A DNA stretch of 63,128 nt, filler included, from Octopus bimaculoides (lineage: Eukaryota): NCBI RefSeq assembly GCF_001194135.2. It is 6 parts of 5 records of this genome, joined end to end, with 100 filler letters (N's around TTAATTAATTAA, not from the genome) between each part and the next. Parts side by side here need not be neighbours in the genome. Positions count along the whole stretch, not along the records: positions 1 to 10,668 come from NC_068983.1; positions 10,769 to 20,104 come from NC_068982.1; 4 more parts are not named here. One strand, 5' to 3'. The notes under the pieces were generated by a model, which saw only the letters and a program-made list of their open reading frames with translations, was not told the origin of the DNA and did not search any database. Below are positions 1 through 12,249 of the stretch, piece after piece; positions within the stretch are counted from its first letter, which is position 1; every line of letters starts with the position of its first letter. A program made the translations under genes and the position numbers.

Positions 1-519
1 GCGTGCAGAACGGTTTCGTCGTCTTGAGCGCACCTCGGGCAGGCCCGGCTGACGGCACTTCCGTGCCGGTAGAGTTTATCTCGAACAGGCAGCGCACCTC
101 GGTAGCACTGCCCGGCGAGGGACCTTTGGAAATTATCCATGAGCCCCGGCCCGAAAGTTCTTCCGAACAGACTGTTTAACTGATTATCTTCGACGCCTAG
201 AGTTTCCCCGAGAACGTCGTCGCACTTTTCCTCCACTAACCCTCTATAGAACGCTAGAGTGGAGCTACTACCGATCGCATTGCCCGCCTGACCGAGGGCG
301 GTGAGAGCTTGGTGGCACTCGAGGTGCCAAGCGCCCTTACTCGGTCTATGTTTGATCCAGGATTGCAGCTCTGTTAAAGAAACGAGCTGCGAAAAATCGT
401 GTCTGACGAACGGTGACCACACCACCTGTTCATCGTCCAGGAAACGTTTGAGATGTCGTAGCCTGAGCGCTTGTTTGCGCATCAGCAACCACGGAATGCC
501 AAGGCCTCCGTTCAGCGGC
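1..519 (-). mobile_element. L1/Tx1-clade LINE ORF2 C-terminal fragment (zf-RVT region), 5'-truncated
   Basis: Manual minus-strand translation, open and without Met start: PLNGGLGIPWLLMRKQALRLRHL...CYRGALPVRDKLYRHGSAVSRACPRCAQDDETVLHA. The GGLG motif and LP-RDKL..CPRC..ETVLH match the zf-RVT region of L1/Tx1 ORF2. Confidence 0.8.
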
Positions 520-531
520 TAATAACAATCC

Positions 532-650
532 TTTCTACTATAGGCACAAGGCCTGAAATTTTGGGGGAGAGAAGTAAGTCGGTTACATCAGCCCCAGTGC
601 TCAACTGGTACTTATTTTACCGACCCCGAAAGGATGAAAGGATGATCACG
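532..650 (-). mobile_element. tRNA-SINE family B, 3' part
   Basis: ggcacaaggcctgaaattttggggg...ctggtactta...cgaccccgaaaggatgaaag, the same sequence as the copies at 34462-34895 and 50470-50560. Confidence 0.75.
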
Positions 651-654
651 AGCA

Positions 655-1011
655 GAAGTAGTGGGGGAGCATCATAACCATGTGTTGAGAGGAATTCTTT
701 GAGAGGAATTCTTTGAGAGGAATTCTTTCACTTCTGGAAACATGAGTATTTCGATCAACATCTTTAAACAAACTTTAGTCAGGGACCTTTTGGGCGGGAT
801 GGACTATTCGACCTGAAGAAAATTCTAACTGGACCCCCACCTGCAAGGTCATGCGCAGTCTATCTTGATATAAGATTGCTATGTCGAGCACATATGGCTG
901 TGATGCATGTGCCTGGTGTACCCTTATCAGACGAGTAGTCTTGATGAGTATACTGAGCTTTGTATATTTTACCCCCTTTTCATTTTGATGGCATACACTG
1001 CTCTCTCACTC

Positions 1012-1066
<55 letters not shown>
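655..1066 (+). mobile_element. Interspersed repeat / retroelement 3' UTR-like segment ending in an (AAT)n tail
   Basis: Non-coding segment running into about 18 AAT units (1011-1066), with an internal triplication of gagaggaattcttt near 687-728. Family not verifiable here. Confidence 0.45.
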
Positions 1067-1067
1067 T

Positions 1068-1616
1068 ATGTTTGGAATTGCAAGGAACGTAACGTGTTCT
1101 CTGAAGAGAAGTGCGGAAGGCTGGAAAACTGAGTTGACATCACGTGGACAAAGTTTGGCCACTCTAGGTATCAAGAGAGGGATTTTCCGAAGGGATAGTT
1201 TATCTCTGTTGTTTTATGTATTCTGCATGATCCCTTTGACCTTGCTGAGGAAAGTAAACCTGAGATATCAGTTCCAGGAGAAAACTCAAAGAATCGACCA
1301 TCTTCTCTTCGTGGATGATTTGATGTTATATGGATGACGTACAAGTGAGTTCCTTGGTGAAAACGCTGTCCGCTGTTTTAGTGCTGATGTTAAGATGGAA
1401 TTCGAACTCAAGAAGTGTGGTGTAATGAGTCTGAAAAAAAAAAAAAGCAAGGTACAATCTCTGGCAGGGACAGAATTACCAAATAAAGAAGTAATGAAAC
1501 AAATCGAAAAGGAAGGCTATAAGTACCTTGGCATACTACAATCCAACGAAATCACGAAGAAGGAAATGAAAGAACAGCTGAAGAAGGAGTATTTCCGAAG
1601 GCTAAGATTAAGATGA
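1068..1616 (+). mobile_element. Degenerate non-LTR RT fragment, R4/Dong-like clade
   Basis: IKRGIFRRDSLS (GIFQGDSLSP), HLLFVDDLMLYG (YxDD), MEFELKKCGV, YKYLGIL, KKEYFRRLR across stops and frameshifts. Confidence 0.8.
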
Positions 1617-2366
1617 AATTACAGTTTTTCTGAAAATTATTAACCACATATTTGATTAAAGAGATACAAAAGTGTATGTTATCTTGTGGCTGATAATCTT
1701 AACTCTAGTATTCATTGAATCTCTAACTGTAACTAAAACGCTTGCTTTTTTTTATACAGGGATTTCGAAATTCGACATCGGTGGAACAGAAGATTTTTGC
1801 TGGATTGAATGAGAATATTTCCACTGAAAATTTCAATAGGTTATCTGGATATATTTAATCTAATCTCTGTCTGGGAACAAATTAAATCATAGTTGGTAAT
1901 GAATGAAATAAATGATAATTCGAGAGTAGGACACAGGTTTAACAATGTTATAAATATCGACAAAAATAATAGAAGCAAATAAAATTCAGCCAAATATTTC
2001 TACTGTTAGAGTCGCTTAGCTTTGATTTCCTGATACCATTATCTGTGCCCTTATAATCTATTAAAATACCGTGATCAAATATTTTCTGGTATTATATATA
2101 ACTAATCTTAATGGTTTTAACAAAATTCTTAAATTGCACATTGAAAAAAAACTTTTCCAAAAATTTGCTTCCACAAAAAAAAAAAAGAAAAACAGAAGAA
2201 AGAAATGAACAGATATCTATGTCCTTTTATCCCTTTTATGACATCACATCTTAAAGCGTCAGTCCAAATATGGTGCTTAACATTATATCTATAAAATCAT
2301 TGTTTAGATTTTAAGATTATCTATGTTTTTATTGCCGCTATTTACCACCTATTCTATGAAGAACCA

Positions 2367-3086
2367 ATGGCAGTGCCTTTAAAAGGACTGTGTATTTTTA
2401 TTCTATCATTCTTGATATTTCGCACGGCAGAGCTCATCTTAGTTCGGCGATTGAAATTAAGCATATTTTTAGGCAGGCCTGAAATTCTCAGGAAATGGAT
2501 AAATATCTTCCTTTCAATTGTTCATGCCACAGTTGTTTCGGTTTCTATTTTAATTTGTTTCTACAGAACACCAAAACTAATGGAAGATTTAATCTATACA
2601 TATAGTGATTTATCGTACTGTGTTATAGCAATGTCTGCTGGTTATTTCTTCCATGATACCATTGATCTTATGCATGAAAGAAATTTGTCCGAACTATCTA
2701 CAGTCATGATTATCCATCATATTTTGGTTATTGTTGGTCAATCATATTCGATTATAACCTATAAAGTTACTGGTTTCGTTTTGGTAAACCTCTTAGCTGA
2801 AATAAACTCAATATTTCTTCACCTACGGCTTTTGCTAAATCTATATAATCTCAACAAAAAGTCACTTACATACATAATAGTCAGTATAGTCAATCTGGGG
2901 ACATTAATCGTTTTTCGAATCATGATACCATGTTTTTTGGTTCGATGGATTCTGATCAATAAAGCAAAGCTACCGCTCCATTTTTATATCATATGCATTA
3001 TAGGGATAATATTCTTGGTTCCTATGAACCTTATGATTCTATGTCGTTGCTTTAAGAAGGACTTTCTCAACAGCTTTTCCGATTAG
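2367..3086 (+). CDS. TLCD2: TLC (TRAM/LAG1/CLN8) domain-containing membrane protein, TLCD1/TLCD2-like, single coding exon, 239 aa
   Basis: Intact hydrophobic ORF with W-N---S-VHA, SAGYFFHDTIDL, IIHHILV and LLAEINSIFLHLRLLL motifs typical of TLCD1/2. Exact orthology (TLCD1 vs TLCD2) unresolved. Confidence 0.85.
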   Translation: MAVPLKGLCIFILSFLIFRTAELILVRRLKLSIFLGRPEILRKWINIFLSIVHATVVSVSILICFYRTPKLMEDLIYTYSDLSYCVIAMSAGYFFHDTIDLMHERNLSELSTVMIIHHILVIVGQSYSIITYKVTGFVLVNLLAEINSIFLHLRLLLNLYNLNKKSLTYIIVSIVNLGTLIVFRIMIPCFLVRWILINKAKLPLHFYIICIIGIIFLVPMNLMILCRCFKKDFLNSFSD

Positions 3087-4122
3087 ACTATAAAACAAGG
3101 AATGGTTATTGTATGTATTAACTTAAACAAACCAGTTCCATGACAACAGTCATTTTCTGCAACAAACTTCACCTTGTTACATATTTCTTTGATAATTTTT
3201 CCTTCAAAACGAAAGAAAAGAGTTGTTGAAAATGTATATTTTATTTTGCTTAATTCTCGCAATGTAAGAGAGAAACTGTCTCGATTTACAACCAGTCTGA
3301 CATTAGCGTGGATTGTATCTTGTTTTGCTTTTACATTTTTTGTATTTTTCATATTAGAAAACTTTTAAACGTTTTAAAATGCTTTAATGTCGCTAAACAC
3401 ACATATCAAAGTAAGCAACATTATCAACCAAATTTGATGACTGGAAAGAATGTGCTTCGCCAAACTTCTCGACTCTCGTCTTGTCAACATTGTACATGGT
3501 GGCTTTTCCTGCTACAACTACAAGCCAAATTTCTCACGTGGTGTATTTTAAGATCTGAAAAAGGAAGAGACACATTGTATAATGTTGTCCTAAATATATA
3601 AAAACCTGAAAAATAAGGATTTGATGGTGACGCGGTTATAACACTTTTGATCATAGATCTTCTCGATCTGAGTTAACCTAGATGTAAAAAGAATGATTTC
3701 GTCTAAACGCACTACAGAATTCGTCCACATACTTAGGAAACATTTTTTTGATAAAGTGAAAACATTAAAAAAAAAGATATCTAATGAAATAGGAAACGAA
3801 GTCGACTCTGATAAAGAAAAGATTTATATTAAAAGAATATAAAGAAATGTTGAATTGCATAGTTTTGCATCCTTTCAAATGAATACAGAGATGTGGAGTT
3901 CAGATAATTAAAATGTATACTTAAATGGTTGTAATGGTTAAAATGGTTGAACTGTTAAACAATAGATGGAGGATATAAAAGTCTCATGCTCAAAGTTGTC
4001 ACCATATCTTTCTTTCTTTTAGGTTAAGTTGTACCTTTCCTATAACATCAGGGTGTTATTTGATAGTTGGTATTTCAGCAAACTCAAGCAACTGTGCAGA
4101 GGTTTTTTTTTTTTTTTTTGGC

Positions 4123-6450
4123 TTAACTAAGAAAGGGTTCATGAATTAGATGGATGGCTTTCTTAAGAAAAGAGAAATTTAGGATATAAGAAATTGAACT
4201 TCTATTGGTTTGGCCTGGAGAAAAGCACAATGCTAATGACCTGTGAAATCCTCCGTAGCCAGTAAAGTTGACAAGGCTAAGGTTATTCTTGAACAGTTCA
4301 AGTCTACGTCTAAGATGATTGGTTAATGCAGAGACTGAGGATGGAAGAGAAGAAACGTGTGAGTTATGATGTTTGAGAAAAATTGACACGAGACCAGTCA
4401 AATCCGAAGAATAGAAACCACTGTGGTAGCAGAAGAAACGATAGAGAGACAGCCATACTGCAAATCCACGAATCGAGTAACCTATCTTTAAATTCTTCTT
4501 CAGATGTCTGTGTGTAGCAGCACAAACATCCTAGATGTGGGAGCAATACTCCATTGTTGACCACACTTGAGCTTCGTAGAGAGTTTGTAGTTGTTGGTGT
4601 TGGTAGAATCAATTATTTTCAATCCCTGAAGACGAAAGCCAGACTTTATGGATCCAGTCTTTATTAAAGTGGAGATGTATGTTCGACAGGAGAGACCCTT
4701 AGTGATGGCGTTAGCCTAACATATGTAATAACTTTGAGAGTACTAGTCGCCTCATGTTCGTGGAAGAAAAGATTGGTTTGACTTCTAAGAGGATGTTTTT
4801 GAAGCCCTTCTTTTGTTCTTAGTGTATATTTGACGTGAGTTGCATACGTCACATGTGGATAGAATGTAGATGTTGCATGAAGACAGCATTTGTGTGCGAT
4901 GTCTGGGTGGGTAAAGATCATGATCTACGTAAGAGTGGGCCATTGTTGGAATTGATAGCAAGTTGGCCGTTAATGTGTAGAAGGAAGTGCGCAATGAAAG
5001 AAAACAAAACTTAAGTCACGAGGATTGATAGAGTCAAAGACAGCTCCACCAGCACACTCTGCAATGACGCAGCTTGAGAAGAAGCTACCAATTCAAGAGA
5101 CGATATATGGATTGAGCCCATAACCAGGCAGTTTTGAACAGAGGCTCATATTCCGCACACGGTTGTAATAACAACTTTCACCAAATTTCTCAAGGTAAGA
5201 AGACCAGATGATAGATTTTTTTAGCAGATCTGATTTTACGGAAGTCGTACAGGTGGGAGGGAGATAGATTCAAGTTTATGAAATGGCTTGTTAACGATTG
5301 TCACCGTCACCTTTATCATGTTAAAAGTGAATTGGATAAAATGATACTTGACAGGGTCAAAGTGGTTGCCCTTTTTTGAGAATAAGTCAACTGTAGCATG
5401 TGTCCAAAGTTCAGAACATATCACTGCAGGTAGATAGATAGATAGATAGATTGATGATGGGGGTGAAAGGGGGTGAAGAGAGAGAGGGGTAGAAAGAGAG
5501 CGAGAGGGTGGAAATTTTGGTGAGCTCTGCAGTGTGTTTGAGAGTAACAGAAAAAGAAAGACATTGTCAGTGTTGAATACATTGTTGGTTTGAAGCAACC
5601 GGGTGTATTTTTGCACTTTGTGTGTATGTGTATACGGTGGTGCATTTGATGGAGTGAAAAAGGATGGTTTGAAAATGAATTTTTGTTATGTGTGCAGTGT
5701 GGAGCACTGAGAAATGAAGGGAGTGCAATTTCAATGCGCTGTTAAGAGATCCTCTTAACAAGGGACTTGTATGGGCTGCAGTTTGGAAAGGTTGAAGTGT
5801 TTGCGGAAAGGTTGGAGTGTTTGCATGGGAGCATCTTGTGCGTTTTGGACGATGGTTTTGCAGGAATTATGGTGCTGGGTAAGAACTCTCTAGTTTGTTG
5901 GGGATTTTCTCAAAGCATTGTAAGCTGCATTTTTGCTTGAACTACTGCAGCTATGAGAACTACTTTAGGGTTTTGGTGGTTATAGGAGGTGTATGCACAA
6001 GAGGGTGGTTTCAGTTACCTACATGCTTGTTTCTGAGATGTCATTGGTGAGGCAATTATGCTACGAAGGATAATTAGCGTAGAACAGGCGAAATACCGAC
6101 CAGTCAAGTCACTGGAAAAGCCATGCGATCCACGAAGTAAGGGAACGATGTGTAGTCTCTATATGGATGCATTTATGTCACTGAGGCCGATTTCATAAAG
6201 ATGTGAGGTATAAGGCTACACTTTCGAAGAGTTGATGGTGGCTGGGGGAAATCAGGTTGCGGTAGAGGAAGCAGCTGTATGTAGAGGAGTGTGAGAAGGG
6301 AATTTTGAGTTAGAGCAGCTGGACTCCTTTGCTGCTAATATCCAAGTAAGATAGATGAGTGGTGGAGAGAGTGGAATTTATATGTGTAAACATAACACCT
6401 TTCAGAGAGAAGCTTGAGTAAAAAGTGGACCATAGATAGGGGTCTGTGTG
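4123..6450 (-). mobile_element. Highly decayed Penelope-like retroelement (RT region)
   Basis: Fragmentary translations resembling PLE RT: FDPVKYH..P.RLP, LHINGQLAINSNNGP (cf. Q.NGVAMGT.MGP), SEEEFKDRLL; many stops. Confidence 0.5.
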
Positions 6451-7619
6451 GTTTGCCTGTTAGTTTAGCCTGTGGTGGCAGTGCGGTTTGCCTGTGGCTT
6501 GCTCCACAATGAGGTGATTTGTGGAACCTAAGTTGGACCGGAGTTAGGTTCTGGACAAGAGAACTATTGTATCTTAGACATGGGGTCAGTTTACTAATTT
6601 ATTTGTGTAAGCCATGATGTTGTTCCCAAATAAAAGTATAATCACTGTGTATTGGCACTCTTTGATTAGTTTTTATGAAACTGTTTATTTGTGGAATTAG
6701 AAATTACTTCTAGTAGAATAAGAGACGTATCTAAGTTGTTCTTTTTACTTTCCTGTATTTTTTTATTATTATGTAATGAACGAGAACATCTGTTTGTGAA
6801 ATACTTACAAGTTAAGACATTGCGTACGTAGTACGTAGAAAATATTCTAGATTTCAAACATTTAAATGAGTATATTGTGCAATAACTGGATATTACGACA
6901 GTAGGAACTTGTAGAGTGTCAGTAAATGCTCAGCTACGAAATACTAGCTGTATCCCTGAAGAGAAAGCCAAGTCTTCTTAATGCGATTTAGCGTTGCTGG
7001 ACTCTTCCAAGAGAGAATGCAACAGAGAAGTGAGCCCAAGTATGGGCCCTACCAAGAAAGAATTCCACAGAAAAGTCAGTCCATGGATGACAAGAGACTT
7101 GCTTATTTTCAGCGCACCGCACTCAAAGAAGTCATGCTGTCTATCTAGTTCTGATGGCAAGATTTTTATTTTCTTCTATATGGTAAAAAGGAATGATCCA
7201 ACCGGGGAGTTACCATGTAGTCTCTCCACCAGCTAAAAAATAAAGAGCAAATTTCCCCCAGATTACACACTTTAAGAATATATTAGATAATGTACTCCTA
7301 AATATACTGAACTTTAAAAAAAAACAGTTAGCAACTGGATTGTACTTAATTATAATTCCTTTGAATAAGGGTCGAGCTAGGTTTAAACCACCGCCTCCAC
7401 AACAACAAGAAAATGTGTTTATTTAATTAGTAAGTCTGGTTATAGGAATAAAGGTCTGTCTATTTGTACACCTAAGCTAATATATTAATGATGCCTTAAA
7501 TAAATAAACAGATGAATAAGATATTGAGTTGATACGGCACTTTTCAGTACTTATTCTACAACCTTCAGGTATGGTATGTTATTTCTATTTTAAGTTCTTT
7601 CAATTCACGCACGCACGCG

Positions 7620-7652
<33 letters not shown>

Positions 7653-8399
7653 CTGTATGCAAATATATATATATATATATTATATATGTGTGTGTGTGTG
7701 TGTGTGTATTCATATGTGCGTGTGTGCGTGAGCGTATATGCTTGTATGTATGCATCTATATATACATGTACGTAAGTTTGTAAGTATTCACAGTGGTGTA
7801 GACCGGGTTCTCAGCACTCAAGAGTAAAGAACCCATTTTGCTCCCCGACTTCTATACGTAACATTATTGCATTGCAAAGATGACAGGAATGGCCATCATA
7901 GAGATGGCTGGTGACTGTTCTAGAAGAGCTTGTGTAAGGATGTTATAATGGTGTTAGATGGTGTGTGAGGTAGTATTTACCTATTTACATTCAACAAAAT
8001 TGGTGAGTTGCGTGCAGACAGGAAAAAGAATCTTATCAAAATGTCTGTGACATGTCTAATAAACAGATTTGTTGTTTCATCTTATCAATCGTTTTCCTTT
8101 GATATTCGTTATCTGTTGTCTGTTCAATTGTGTTTTATAGAATAATAAGTGCAATCGCACGAAACTCTCGACTCTTGAGTCATTCTGTTGCTTCTGCTAA
8201 ATATTAATAAAAAGAAATACGCAATAAAAATTTTTTTAAATGATAAAAACAAAACTTTTGGCATCACTCGAAAAACATTTAATTTAAATAGAGAGGTGGT
8301 GCATCAGCATGGCCGCAGCTCTGAGCTGAAACTTTGAAATGAAATGAAAAGATAGAGTTACTTACAGCTGTTTCTAGAATAGCCAAGCATATGGATCAT

Positions 8400-8965
8400 G
8401 ATATTGAGTGAAGAATCCGTAAGCTAAGTGTACCGTCATTGGAGATGGAGAAGTCAGAAAAATGATGGACGGGCATGAGGAAGTCTTTAGTAGTTTCAAG
8501 AAGAGCACTCATATCTCCCCTTTTTAGTTGTTTAATTTCAGGTTGGATATAGCCCTCAGGCCAGCTGAGACTAGGAAAATTAAGGTCCTTTGCTAAAAGT
8601 ACATTGGCCTGTGGGCTGGACTCATTTGGGTTTTTGACTTATGAGCGACAAAGCATTTCTGAAGCGATCTCCGTTGTTAGCTGCATCAACAAGACAGTAG
8701 GTAATATCTATGATTAAATTGAGGTCAATTACATATATCGCAGACTGTTGAAGTGGGAGAGGGGGACATTTGCTGCCAGTTCTTCTTGGATGAAGATCGC
8801 TATTTCTCCTTGTTTCAGTATTCTGTGGTCAGTTCTGAGTAGTACATAACCTGACATATGTACTTCTGAATCCAATATGTCTGGGGTCAGGTGCGTTTCA
8901 CTTAATGCTACACATACTGTCCTTTCTCACTGTACAAGGTCTCTCTCGCTGTGCAAGTTTTCTAT
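8400..8965 (-). mobile_element. CR1/L2-group LINE APE endonuclease fragment
   Basis: Minus translation VALSETHLTPDILDSEVHMSGYVLLRTDHRILKQGEIAIFI ... LLAKDLNFPSLSW (ETHL, R.DR..GGV, GDFNFP motifs). Confidence 0.75.
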
Positions 8966-8985
8966 GATATCTATCTATCTATCTA

Positions 8986-9034
<49 letters not shown>

Positions 9035-9735
9035 NNNNNNNNNNTGAGTGTGTGTGTTTGTTATATGAATAATTTTAATTTTGAGGAGGCTTTAGTTCAG
9101 TAATATATCTTTCTAGGAATTTGGGGGGGGGGATTTTCTTTTTATTTAGTTTATTTATTTTTTTTTTTTTCTTATTTTGTGAAGAAACCTAACTTCAAAC
9201 AACTTTCTACAGGTCAATCTGAAACACTATTTTCTAAGCCTGAGAAAGGTAAGTAGGAGGCGCAATATTGAATTTTGCACCATAACTAAATTTTAAGGGG
9301 TGCGAGTGCACATTCTACACCTTCTGCACCCCCTGTTCCTGCGCCCTTGGTTACTATATCACATTTATATATTACATTGCTCAATAAGTACCTATTTTGA
9401 AACGGAAAATAAGTGGCTTTTCTACAGTTACATGTTCATGAGTTATTGGCTGAGAATTCAGGGCAGGAATGGATTAGTTATTTTTTTCTTATTACTAATT
9501 TTATTCTTTTGTTCCTGTGTGTTAGCATGTGTGTTTTTATTATTGGTGCTTATATAAAACTCTTCAGGGTTCTTTGATATTTGAGTTTTATCTGTATGAG
9601 ACAGTAACAACAACAGCAGCAGCATCTCGATGGGGAATATCTCCAGGTTTATCTTTACCGTTTCAATTATTTGCTACAGGCTATTGTCATTGGGTGAACG
9701 TTAAGATTTCTATCTTAATGTTGCGGCGCTATCTG

Positions 9736-9778
<43 letters not shown>

Positions 9779-9787
9779 GACAGACAT

Positions 9788-9832
<45 letters not shown>

Positions 9833-10349
9833 GGCAGACAGACAGACAGACGGTAATGACAATTTTCATGTTCCCTGGAGGTAAGCCCTTCATCTGAGAT
9901 GTCACAAGCTTTGACACCTCCAGCAGCAACCTGGTGTGTTCAGCTACCAGCCCAGGCTCCGCTGTTCGCCAGGCCGTGAAGGGCAGACTTTCAAAGTATC
10001 GGCCGCTTTCTGACAGGTTTGTGGTCGACTCTGTGGCTGCACAGACCTCCGACGTTCTCGCCCCCACCTTCCTCGGACGAATTCCCTGCTCGCCGCTATC
10101 GAGGAGGAGAAAGCTATCCGCAAGTGCAAGCCCTGTAAGTCAGAATGGATGTTCCAGTGCATCTGCCTCGCCATCCTTCAGGGCAACGCCATTTCCGTTT
10201 TGTCCGCTGAGACTGGCAAGCCTTTTCAGATATTTCTTTGCTATGATAAAGAGGAAAGATATGATAATTTAGGTAGGACGCTTCATCAAATTTAGAAAAC
10301 TATTTCATTAAGCATTACAAACAGGAAAATAGAACTGAAGACATGAGTA

Positions 10350-10605
10350 TGAGGGCGCATGGCCTAATGGTTAGGGTATTGCGCTCACAATCGCGAGATC
10401 ATGGTTTCAATTCTTAGACCGGGTGGCATATTGTGTTCTTGAGTAAAACACTTCATCTCACGTTACTCTGGAGATAACTTCGACAACTGACGTGTGGTAC
10501 ACCGTGCGCCCGCTCAGGCAACGTCGATTTGATGAAGAGAGTTAGCCAATGTACAGTACACACATTTGATCACTATAAACAAATCATCTGTGCAGGTTGT
10601 TCGGA
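10350..10605 (+). mobile_element. tRNA-derived SINE family D
   Basis: A box tggcctaatgg and B box ggtttcaattc, followed by gtgttcttgagtaaaacacttcat, shared with 17195-17447 and 49090-49217. Confidence 0.75.
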
Positions 10606-10668
10606 TAATGGTGAATACTCATACGTTTTCTTCGACAGGAGAGTTCATCATTATATATATATATATAT

Positions 10669-10768
10669 NNNNNNNNNNNNNNNNNNNNNNNNNNNNNNNN
10701 NNNNNNNNNNNNTTAATTAATTAANNNNNNNNNNNNNNNNNNNNNNNNNNNNNNNNNNNNNNNNNNNN
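10669..10768. other. Assembly linker gap N44-TTAATTAATTAA-N44
   Basis: Exactly 100 bp; identical structure at five places; the 12-mer gives stops in all frames. Confidence 0.95.
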
Positions 10769-11030
10769 TCTTACGGTTCATCAACCCGCGCTGTTGAATT
10801 ACTTTCTTCTGACATACCTTCCCTTGGTGGATTCTGAGCCCGATGTAACTAGCAAACACCTTTCCGCAGCAGCTGAATTCCTCGTCTACCAATCCTTTAC
10901 CGCATCCTTTCTCATTATCCATTTCCGGTCCAAGTCTGTTTCGTTTTTTCCGTCCCTATTTGATCCTTTATTCTCCCACCCCCCGTGGTCCGGGATCATG
11001 GGGGCATGATTTGCCATGCTTTTTCGTTGC
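10769..11030 (-). mobile_element. N-terminal zinc-finger region of an RLE-type (HERO/R2-like) non-LTR element
   Basis: SCCGKVFASYIGLRIHQGKVCQKK resembles the CGK.C....GL.IHQ...C finger at the start of HERO-type ORFs. Confidence 0.55.
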
Positions 11031-11917
11031 ACTTTTATCCCGGATCGGGCTGCAAGCCTATTGATCCTTCGTTACGCTGTCGTACTGTCAAGCGTCTCTC
11101 TGCTTTGTCATCCCTCTTTCTGGATTGTCAGCAAGTCTTTTCCTGCAGTCAGTATCTGAGGAATTTCAACCATGTTTCGTGGTCTACTACCACAACAGCT
11201 CCTTTATAGGCTCCAGTAAGCTCAAGACATCATCAGGAGGAACCACGTCCGGTTTCGGCCCCTACTCCTCTACCGTGTTGACGTGGCGGCGCCCCTCCTT
11301 TCGGAGGTGTCTTCAGCTCTGGTGTTGGGTGTATGTCTTCTTTCTTCTATTCCCTGGCCTCTTCGATGCAGCATCAACGAGTGTCAGCGTCCGACTGATC
11401 GTCATGTCAAGTTCCCCTTTTTATATCTGCTGCTAGGCTCCAGCAGGCAGCCCCAGCTAGTTGTCACNNNNNNNNNNNNNNNNNNNNNNNNNNNNNNNNN
11501 NNNNNNNNNNNNNNNNNNNNNNNNNNNNNNNNNNNNNNNNNNNNNNNNNNNNNNNNNNNNNNNNNNNNNNNNNNNNNNNNNNNNNNNNNNNNNNNNNNNN
11601 NNNNNNNNNNNNNNNNNNNNNNNNNNNNNNNNNNNNNNNNNNNNNNNNNNNNNNNNNNNNNNNNNNNNNNNNNNNNNNNNNNNNNNNNNNNNNNNNNNNN
11701 NNNNNNNNNNNNNNNNNNNNNNNNNNNNNNNNNNNNNNNNNNNNNNNNNNNNNNNNNNNNNNNNNNNNNNNNNNNNNNNNNNNNNNNNNNNNNNNNNNNN
11801 NNNNNAGTAGCCCCAGCAAGTTGTCACATGACACTGTCTGAACTTTAACTGACAACGGAGGGCGCGAAGCCACTTCAGTGTCAGCCTGTCTCACCTAGAC
11901 ATGTTATGACTTTCAAG

Positions 11918-12160
11918 TCACATTCGGTCTTCCCGGTTCAGCCATACATAGAAGCTGGCTTTTTCGACCGCCTCCTGTATCCTCCTTATCAGTTTTCTCA
12001 GTTCCGAGTTTGAAAACGCAAATCTTCTCTTGAATAGCGTTGTCATTTTTCTTTCAATGAAGCCTCTAGCCCCCACTGCCAGATGGTAGTACTCGACAGT
12101 CCATCCCTGTTCTCTGCAATCTTCGATTAGTTTTTCATATCTCTTCTCCTTTCGTTTCAA
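11918..12160 (-). mobile_element. C-terminal restriction-like endonuclease end of a HERO-like non-LTR element, 5'-truncated
   Basis: RKEKRYEKLIEDCREQGWTVEYYHLAVGARGF...EAVEKASFYVWLNR matches the K..KY..L...GW......VG.RGF...E.AS.W.W..R end of HERO-type RLE ORFs. Confidence 0.75.
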
Positions 12161-12249
12161 GGGGCTTTGTGTTTAAATAGTTGACATAAAAGTGTTAAAA
12201 AAAGATAGTAAATTAAATTAATAACTATTATTTATGTTCATCATTATTC

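Noticed and set aside
2468-2490. Short resemblance between the TLCD CDS and the SINE family B tail (ggcctgaaatt)
   Set aside because: About 12 bp match, within chance expectation.
6887-6960. Possible very decayed hammerhead (GTAG/CTAC stem, GAAATAC-TAGCT-GTA)
   Set aside because: The CUGAnGA core is missing and GAAAC is altered; too many changes must be assumed.
9845-10215. GC-rich segment as LINE ORF1 or host exon
   Set aside because: No convincing motif in any frame; left unassigned.
10350-10430. tRNA-like heads (also 17380-17447, 42643-42690, 47712-47780)
   Set aside because: They continue into SINE bodies and lack a full cloverleaf; not tRNA genes.
11200-11330. Minus-strand CUGAAGA, GAAAC and CUGAUGA motifs in the HERO spacer
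   Set aside because: I could not pair stems I, II and III around a valid GUH site at the same time.
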